Below are positions 55,126 through 64,000 of a DNA stretch of 64,000 nucleotides, piece after piece. Each line of letters starts with the position of its first letter. The stretch's first letter is position 1. The stretch covers positions 682,001 through 746,000 of the forward strand of contig NIVC01000052.1 in NCBI GenBank assembly GCA_002269645.1, given 5' to 3'. Made by a program: the position numbers and the translations under genes. Below the pieces are notes generated by a model, which searched no databases, was not told the origin of the DNA, and worked only from the letters and a program-made list of their open reading frames with translations. The DNA comes from Macrostomum lignano (Eukaryota).

Positions 55126-56529
55126 AAGGGCAGGAGTAGCGGTGTTACAATCGCACAATCGCAGTCAATGAGACATCAAGGCAGCAGTAAAGTGAGCACA
55201 CATGGCTCAAATAAAATGGACCAAAGGACAAGACGGCGCACCGCCACTGCCCGCTGTGTATTTCGATAATCCAAACCACACGCACTCGTTTAGAGAACAT
55301 TGAAGCAAATAAAAAACCATAAAAATCGAGACAGAGACAAGAGACAAATATACAAATAGATATATTACTAACAGTAGATGTGGCAAATACGCAGTGTTAA
55401 TATAATTAATATTAGTCTGAAATTTGAACTAAAAAAATTATATTGATGCATTGAAACCCAGCAACACAACTCGACTCGAGACTACGAATGGAGGAGCGTA
55501 ATAAAAACTCAGGCAAATTTTCCTATGCATAAATGATAAACCTGGGCGCTGAAGTCCATAATTTACTTTTTTTTTTAAATAAATCGATGACATTAAACAA
55601 AACTCCGGGGACTCAGTAACAAATAGTACATCTGCACTCATGCATAGACATAGACAGGGGAGAGGGTTAGGAGAGAGGTAGATAGGATAGGGGGCAGCTA
55701 GAACTGAGTTATGATACACCGATATGTATCGAAAGTAACTTAAAACACTACAGGGCAGGATTAACTTGAAGAGGGAGGATAACGGACCAGCACAGATTAC
55801 TGTGTATACATTGGCAAATCAAATTTAAGTATTCGAGTATTTGAAGCTCAACTCCAGTGCATACAGCGCAACAGACGAAAGAAGACAGACAAAAGAAGAT
55901 CTGCGTTGGTTAAAAGAAGCAACACGAGATGCCCAAACAGCGGTTGCAATAATACTAAAAATGAAACACGACTCGCAGGATTTATAAAAGTACAAATTTA
56001 AGCTATATGGATTCCAATGTACGGATATGGAATGCACAAGCGCCTAAATAATAATAATAATATACTCGAATTTGTATTCTCTGTAACATATAAGCTAGCT
56101 AAAAGCATGAGAAACAAAAAATCTATAAAAATGTTGTGTACTAAAATTTAGGGCGCAAAAAGACTCATAATTTCTTTACAAATAATATAAAACTGATACT
56201 GGTGACTTGTTCGTATTCAAAGGGAGAGAGTACGGCCGATGCACAGACCAGAAAGTTACAGATTGAGATTAGTTCTCACTCAAACAATAAGAAAAAATAA
56301 ACAAACTGACCTTTGAATAACACTTTAAATAATTAGGGCCGCCTCAATTACAGCATTCTTTATCTTAATTGCTGCAAGGTGTAAAAACCTAACGATAAAA
56401 ATAACAAAATAACATCGAAAGGAATCAATAAAGTACCCTGTCCACTTTTTTGGCTAGACAGTGGCAAATGACGGCAAACATTAAAGAAAGAAATCGGCCG
56501 GCAGCAAAAAAATAAAGTTTCGACAGGCG

Positions 56530-56700
56530 GCAAACATCAAAGTGATCCCCGTAAACTGGAGGCAAACATCAAAGAGAACTCTTGAACTGGCGGCAAACAT
56601 CAAAGTGAACCCTTAAACTGGCGGCAAACATCAAAGTGATCCCCGTAAACTGGAGGCAAACATCAAAGAGAAGTTTAACTGGCGGTTAACATCAAAGCAA
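56530..56700 (+). repeat. ~30-bp degenerate array just 3' of the RhoGAP stop
   Basis: Core aaactggcggcaaacatcaaag, about 5 copies. Confidence 0.8.
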
Positions 56701-56750
56701 AGCTGTATAACGGCGGGTGCCAATTGAGGGCAGCTGGCAGAAACGAAGCA

Positions 56751-59700
56751 TCAAAGCGGCTGCTCGCCAGACGGAGGCGTCGAGGCGGGCGCTGAGGCGG
56801 CGGCACCTGCGGCTGCGGGCACAGGCGCATTTTGGGTCGCCTCGTCGCTCATGCTGGCGCAACGACGCAACGAAGCCGTTGACGGCCGGCGATGCACCGG
56901 CGACGCCTCGCTGCTGCTAGCAGCCGCGGTCGAATCCGCGCCGATTTGACGCTGCCAGTCAGCAAGGAGGCTGCGAACGACGCTTAAAATCCGACGGTGC
57001 TCCTCTTCGACGTCGACTGGTGGCTGCGGCTGCAGAGGCGACGCCGGCGGCGGCGGCGGCGGCGGTGGCGGCGCAGGCGTCGGGGAGGAGGAGTCGATTG
57101 CGGGGATCGCCGACGAGTCGGCTTCGTCAACAGACGCGGCGGCGGCAGCGGAAGGATCAGCGTCAAGCTCCTGATCGTCCAGCTGGGTGGGCACGGACAG
57201 GTCGGCGGTCTGCCAGTCGGCGAACAGCCAGTCCCTGTACACGATGATGGCCTTGGTGAGGCCGATGAGGTGAGCAGAGTCGGAGACCAGGGTCTCCTGG
57301 GCCCGCTGGCCGAACAGAGACGGGGCGAACACCATGGCCAGGTTGTAGACTCGCATCCGATTGCTGGCGCTGAGCTGGGCCACCCTGGCCAGGTGTCCGA
57401 CCAGGTACTGCAGTGTGCGCCTGTGGCATTTGTGCTGCGGATGCTCGGCGTGCTCCTCCATCATGCTGAGCAGGCGATGCAGCTTCAGCATCCGGCCGCT
57501 GTGCTCGTGCAGCTGCTGGGCGCTCACAAAGTCGTTATAGTAAACGGCCGGGATCAGCGGGTCCGGCAGCTGCAACAGGAACCGTTTGAGCACGCTGGCT
57601 ACAACATTGTGCTCAAGCCAGAGCTCGCAGGCCGGGTCCATTTCGTGAGGCGGCTTGGCCAGCTCGGCCTCCAAGGCTTCGATGTTGCGCGCGTTGCCGC
57701 TGACCCGGTAGACGCCTTCGCGGCGCAGGCCGGCGGCTTCCAGCACCCGGCAGCAGAGCTGCACAATCAGCGGCACACCGTCGGGGCCATCGGGCACAGG
57801 TGCAGCGGCACTCCGTAGGAGCCGGGCCGGTGCGATGCGGCGGCGGAGGCTGAGGATGAGGCGGACGAAGAGGCGGCAGCGGAGCGGCCAGGCGGGGGAG
57901 GCGAGCCGGGCCAAAGCCGGTTGGTGCGCAGGTTCCGCAGGAGGCCCAACTTGAACGGCCGGGGAGAGCCAACGCCGCTTCCGCTGCCGCCACCGCCGCT
58001 GCCGGCGCCGCCAGTTTCATCAACGCTGGCGCTATTGAGCATTCTCTGATGCTGCAGCCGGGATCTTCGAGTCTGGTGCTGATGCTGCTGCTGGTGCTGC
58101 TGGGCCCTTGAGGGAGTCAATGGCGGACCAGCTGCCAGGCGCTCCTGCAGCGCCCTCACGTAGCGATCCTCGTCGTGACGGAACACCAACTGCCAGTCGG
58201 GCGTTGTGAGGCGCAGCTTGCGCCGCTTATAACTGGTGGAGCAGTCTCTGCCGATGCCTACAGTGAGCTGCTGCTGCTCGCCAGACACTGGCAGCACAGT
58301 TAAGCTGGCGTCCCGGTCAACTCGGACCCAGGCATCGATGCTGTAGGAACCGGCTGCGGCTGATGGCGCTAGAGTTGATGACGAAGGAGGAGTCTGAGAC
58401 AGTGACGCCGCTGTGCCCGCCGATGTCTGCAATGTTGCCACGTGCGGATGGGCCGGCTGCGAATTGGCGGACTAGGAAAGGAATCTCTCGCTCCGAAGCA
58501 GCTTAGATTATCGGGAGAGGTCCGGGGGAATGGAATAGGGGAGGGCGGGGAGGGGTTCCAGTTTGAACTGCGGAATGGAAACAGAGACCGGGCAGAGGGA
58601 GTCGGAGGGTAGAGTTTGAGGCGGCAGTGTTGGGGGTGGAAATCCAATGCGAGAGGATGGGAAGGCAGCAGGAGAGGGAGAATTGTGGAGCAAGGATTTT
58701 TGGGGATATGAAGGCGAAAGGATAGGGGAGAGGAGGGGAGAGCGAGTTTGAGAGCAGGCAAGCGAGAGCTTCAGCCAGGGAGAAACGGTGGGGCAAGAGC
58801 GCAGGCGCCCGACCGCCAGCAAGTGTGTGGCTAAGCGGAGACGAGAGAGGGCGAGAGAAGAAGGGGCTGGGGGAGCGGGGAGGGGATATTTGCGCTTCCA
58901 TATAGTAGTAGAAAATGAATTCTCCTCTCTTCCCTGCCCCAACAGCTCCCTCCGAATCTCCTGCCAGGCCGCCAGCAGGAATTGGGCCGGGCCGGGCAGG
59001 CTCGGGTGCTGGGGGGGGGGGGGAGCCAAAATCCCGCAGCCCGCATCGCCCACGCCGGAGAGCCAACCCTCCTCGCCATTTCCATTTCTCGAACCAAAAA
59101 AATCGCCATCTCTCCCTGTGGCGTCTCAGAGAGCAGGCGAGTCCGCAGGCGGGCCGTTTCACTGAGACAAGCATAATATAACTATGAATAATACTCGCTC
59201 AAAAGTCTATATTTAGAGGTGCTCAGCGTGCACTCTTATCGACGAGAACAGAGAACAATGCTACAGGGAATATAATCAACTCTTACGTACGCTTGAAACT
59301 ACAATTGAGCCCCCCTATTTGGTTCTAAAAAGGAACTTTTATAATAACAGAACGCAGAACTACTTATAGTCCGCGCAGCGCGCATCAATAAGACCACTGG
59401 GCAAGGAAAAGAAGTTCCTGCGTCAGACTCCCGCCTCATTTCCATCAGGTCTGCGCGGGATTTATCCCACTCTCTCTCGCTGCCTGTCTGTCTGTCTTGC
59501 CTGAAATACTCAAGCAACTCAGAGGCGCGTTTAAGGCAGAGGGAGGGAGAGTGAGAGAGAGCTACGAGCTAGTTTTGCCAATGCTGGCTGCCACTAGAAG
59601 CAGGCCGGCTTCCTTTCTCATCCCGTCTCTTCGCGGCTAACTCCGAATGATCGCACAGCGGGGAGAAGAGACGAGAGAGGAAAAGTATGAGCTACTAGGT

Positions 59701-60731
59701 GGGGGGGGGGTTGCCGGGACGCAAATCAGAAATGGGGGGATGGCGGCCGGAGCCGGAGGTGAAGATAGGGCGAGGGCGAGGGCGAAGGCGAAGGGCGAAG
59801 GCGGAAGGCCGAAGGCATGCGCAAGCAGACAGGGGAAGCCAGACTAGTGAGACTGATGGGCTGAAGGGGGACGACAACGGCCGGGGCGAGATGAAGCGAG
59901 CTGGGGGGGGGGGCGGCGTGCGAAAGACGAAAGCGTCTTTTCCCCAACTGGGAGAGCCAGAATAGAAAATTGGAAAATGGCGTGGCATAATATAGTGTCA
60001 TTAGCCAGTCTGACAGCATCTCACACAGACTGTGACAGCATCTCACAGGGATCAAAGATGTTGGAAAATATCACTGCCTGTCAGGCATGTGACAGAAACA
60101 GTTTGACATGAAATTGGCCCCCTTAACTGTCAAAGTGACAGCACCTTTGACAGACTAGTACTACTACTGTGTGACAGAACCTCACACAGACTGTGACAGC
60201 ATCTCACAGACTGACAGCATCTCACACAGTCTGTGACAGCATCTCACACAAACTGTGAAAGCATCTCACACAGACTGTGACAGCATCTCAAACAGTCTGT
60301 GACAGCATCTCACACCAACTGTGACAGCATCTCACACAGACTGTGACAGCATCTCACACAGACTGTGACAGCATTTCACACAGACTGTGACAGCATTTCA
60401 CACAGACTGTGACAGCATCCACCCGAGTGCGGCTCACCCTAGCAGGCTCTGGGCCGGCAGCCGCCCGCTCCACAGTGACGGAGAACACGGCGGATTCCAA
60501 GTCCAGCGAATTGGCGGTAGACAATTTGCCAGGCGTTGCCGAAACCGGAGGCGAAGCTCCGCCGACTCCAGCGCTGCCTGGCGGCGTGGCCGGACCGTCC
60601 AGAGCGTCGACAGAGTGGGCGCGGCGGCTACCGCTGCCGACAATGCCGAGGCTGCAGGCGGCGCGGGACAGCCGGCCGGGGCGACTTTCCGGAGCCGGAG
60701 AGTGGCCGCTTCCGCTTTTAGAAGAGGCGCT
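56751..60731 (-). CDS. ARHGAP21/23-like PH + RhoGAP protein, exons 60731-60438 and 58471-56751 (1-nt frameshift near 57785); N-terminus unresolved
   Basis: Phase-0 junction AGG|gtgagc ... ttcctag|TCC. PH-like end YKRRKLRLTTPDWQLVF, then YGVPLHLC..VPLIVQLCCRVLEAAGLRREGVYRVSGN (arginine finger intact), NVVASVLKRFLLQLPDPL, NRMRVYNLAMVFAPSL, YRDWLF. Confidence 0.85.
60000..60420 (+). repeat. 22-bp array
   Basis: Unit ctgtgacagcatctcacacaga. Confidence 0.9.
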
Positions 60732-60769
60732 CTAGAAACGGAATGCAAGGGGGGGAGCCTATTTTGTCG

Positions 60770-61095
60770 ACGCAGATGTTACAGCAGTGTGACACAGTGG
60801 TTACACCATTTCGACGCAGGTGTTACAGCAGTGTGACACTAGGGTTACACCATTTCGACGCAGATGTTACAGCAGTGTGACACTGGGGTTACACCATTTC
60901 GACGCAGATGTTACAGCAGTGTGACACAGTGGTTACACCATTTCGACGCAGATGTTACAGCAGTGTGACACTAGGGTTACACCATTTCGACGCAGATGTT
61001 ACAGCAGTGTGACACAGTGGTTACACCATTTCGACGCAGATGTTACAGCAGTGTGACACAGTGGTTACACCATTTCGACGCAGGTGTTACAGCAG
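60770..61095 (+). repeat. 44-bp array
   Basis: Unit gttacagcagtgtgacacagtggttacaccatttcgacgcagat, about 7 copies. Confidence 0.94.
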
Positions 61096-61339
61096 TACAC
61101 CAATACAGCAGTGTGACTGAAAGTCAATAGCTTTAGCTCTCAAGTTGTTACAAAAATTTTTTGAAGTTAACCTTAGATCAGAAACACATTTAATAAGCAT
61201 CGCAGCATAGCATTGGGGTGGGTGACAGAGATAAGGCATGAACAATGGAATAGAGAATGAGCAACGATGTACACAGATTACGCAAACCCTCACCAGACAA
61301 ATAACCCACCCCAAGCACTGACCCCAGAGCCCACAGAGC

Positions 61340-61560
61340 CTGACAGATGCTGTAGCTGTTACACATGTTACAGCAGTGTGACACTGGGTACAGCATTGCC
61401 TGACAGATGCTGTAGCTGTTACACATGTTACAGCAGTGTGACACTGGGTACAGCATTGCCTGACAGATGCTATAGCTGTTACACATGTTACAGCAGTGTG
61501 ACACTGGGTACAGCATTGCCTGACAGATGCTATTGCTGTTACACATGTTACAGCAGTGCG
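61340..61560 (+). repeat. 60-bp array
   Basis: Unit cctgacagatgctgtagctgttacacatgttacagcagtgtgacactgggtacagcattg, about 3.7 copies. Confidence 0.94.
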
Positions 61561-62714
61561 AGTTGCAACCATGATTACTGAACACAGGCACACTGAGAGT
61601 TGGCTCACTCATGTATTGCTGAGATGCAATACATGCGGCACTCGTAATTATCATTATTTTTGTTAGCTATTTCTCCAATGGCATGCCAGCGCCCCGACCG
61701 CAGTTCAGATTTCAGACCCCCCCCCCCTATAGGCAGGCAGTTGCCATGCAAAATCCGGAAGAGTTGTTTTGGTTTGAAGGCCAGAATAGGGGAGGGGGAA
61801 GCAGAGAGAGAGGGGAGAAAGGCACGCGGGAGATTTTCAAATCTCGGCAGACTTTGCGGCTAATCTCGCCATATCATTTCCCTCGGCTGACGTTCAGCCC
61901 CCCTCTATATATATATATCCTATATATGCATGGCCCGGCCGGACACACTTCGAATCAGAGAGAGCTGCTGAGACCGATCAGATCAGATGGGATAACAGAC
62001 AGGCGGCGTGGGGATAGATAAATAGGGGATTTCCGATCAAGCAAAGACGCATCACATTCGCCGGGGGAAGGGGGGGGCAGTATAGAAGCCACAGCCGCTT
62101 GGTTCGTCATCATGGAAGCGACCGTTGCTGCCGACCCCCTCTCAGCTCCCTGTTCCGTTCCACTTCGCGATGTACGCCAATGTGTATGCAGAGAGAGAGA
62201 GAGTACATAGGGTTCAATAAGTATACGACCCCTACCGGAGGGCCACCTACCGCAGTTTAAAATCTGGCTTTCTTAGAAAATAAAATGCACTAAAAGGAAG
62301 GCAGGAGAGCGTATTTTAACACAGGGCATCACTGCACTGGCCTGCATGCAGCAGAGCACTCGAAGCGGATAGCTAGGGGGGGGGGGGTAAAAGATGGCGG
62401 AGGCAGAGAAGAGGAGGCCAGAGGAGAGACGCAGGGAAAGGCGGGAAGCACCAACAAAACAGGAGGCAGTTGGAAACCAGATGAGGATAAATTATTCCCT
62501 ATTATCTGTATAGCCCATCGTTACACTTTATAACCAAACGAAATATTGCATAGAGCCCCAGCACTCGTTTCTCTGCATTCCTGATATTCATATGCACTGT
62601 CTCCTGACAAATGCATATTCAGATAGAAAAATTTACTGATGAAGATGGGGCTTGGGGAATTGCGAAAATGAAATGAAAGCGCATACTCAGAATGCATTAC
62701 TTACACTAGTAGTA

Positions 62715-63812
62715 ACTCTTGATACAGTTCGTATGAATGCATCCCTACATCTATCAATGCTAGCACTGAATGCATCCCTACATCTATCAATGCTAGCACT
62801 GAATGCATCCCTACATCTATCAATGCTACTCACTGAATGCATCCCTACATCTATCAATGCTACTCACTGAATGCATCCCTACATCTATCAATGCTAGCAC
62901 TGAATGCATCCCTACATCTATCAATGCTACTCACTGAATGCATCCCTACATCTATCAATGCTACTCACTGAATGCATCCCTACATCTATCAATGCTACTC
63001 ACTGAATGCATCCCTACATCTATCAATGCTACTCACTGAATGCATCCCTACATCCATCAATGCTACTCACTGAATGCATCCCTACATCTATCAATGCTAC
63101 TCACTGAATGCATCCCTACATCTATCAATGCTACTCACTGAATGCATCCCTACATCTATCAATGCTAGCACTGAATGCATCCCTACATCTATCAATGCTA
63201 CTCACTGAATGCATCCCTACATCCATCAATGCTACTCACTGAATGCATCCCTACATCTATCAATGCTACTCACTGAATGCATCCCTACATCTATCAATGC
63301 TAGCACTGAATGCATCCCTACATCTATCAATGCTACTCACTGAATGCATCCCTACATCTATCAATGCTACTCACTGAATGCATCCCTACATCTATCAATG
63401 CTAGCACTGAATGCATCCCTACATCTATCAATGCTAGCACTGAATGCATCCCTACATCTATCAATGCTACTCACTGAATGCATCCCTACATCTATCAATG
63501 CTAGCACTGAATGCATCCCTACATCTATCAATGCTAGCACTGAATGCATCCCTACATCTATCAATGCTACTCACTGAATGCATCCCTACATCTATTAATA
63601 CTACTCACTGAATGCATCCCTACATCTATCAATACTACTCACTGAATGCATCCCTACATCTATCAATGCTAGCACTGAATGCATCCCTACATCTATCAAT
63701 GCTAGCACTGAATGCATCCCTACATCTATCAATGCTAGCACTGAATGCATCCCTACATCTATCAATGCTAGCACTGAATGCATCCCTACATCTATCAATG
63801 CTACTCACTGAA
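62715..63812 (+). repeat. 32/34-bp array
   Basis: Unit cactgaatgcatccctacatctatcaatgcta(ct/g), about 33 copies. Confidence 0.97.
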
Positions 63813-63893
63813 GTGGCGGGTGAAAGCCTGCTTGAGCATGGTGCCTTTATCAACCTGTTCGTGTGCATCTTCGCTACCAGCCCATGTAGCCAT
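63809..63893 (-). CDS. Candidate coding exon of unknown gene (MATWAGSEDAHEQVDKGTMLKQAFTRHF)
   Basis: An ATG-initiated open frame ends at a consensus donor (TTCA|gtgagt, phase 1). It does not join the 60731 acceptor (phase 0), and no homology was recognised. Confidence 0.3.
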
Positions 63894-64000
63894 GCTGATA
63901 TACTGCTCAAACTACTTATTTAATGCGCGATAAAAACTGTCGGAGGGGATAATTCCGCGATGGAAAATGAGTGAGTGGCATATTGTTAGGGTGAAAATTC

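Overview
Eukaryotic (metazoan) genomic DNA with spliced genes. My hand count gives about 45 short tandem arrays covering roughly 45% of the window, and most long ORFs in the supplied track are artefacts of these arrays. Seven genes can be reconstructed from GT-AG junctions with consistent phases. Plus strand: the 3' end of an FBXO22-like FIST protein, erlin, and a 5-Ig Kirre/Neph1/SYG-1-like receptor with a 17.4-kb first intron. Minus strand, in tandem: an ARHGAP21/23-like RhoGAP, dUTPase, a divergent Bora and a Rab27. A 5'-truncated RTE-type retrotransposon with an 11-bp target-site duplication (TSD) sits in a Kirre intron. The style (GC-rich exons with poly-Q/A/G tracts, minisatellite-filled introns) suggests a flatworm such as Macrostomum, but this is inference only. 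Most interesting signals: (1) Rab27 has no ATG of its own and begins at a phase-0 acceptor downstream of Bora, as expected if the AUG-ending flatworm spliced leader supplies the start codon in an operon; (2) one Bora exon is bracketed by inverted arrays of the same minisatellite; (3) several arrays are amplified copies of the adjacent splice donor or overlap the stop codon, and the GTGAG donor core recurs in many array units. Two genes show a single-base frameshift at 4-nt C/G runs, probably assembly errors.
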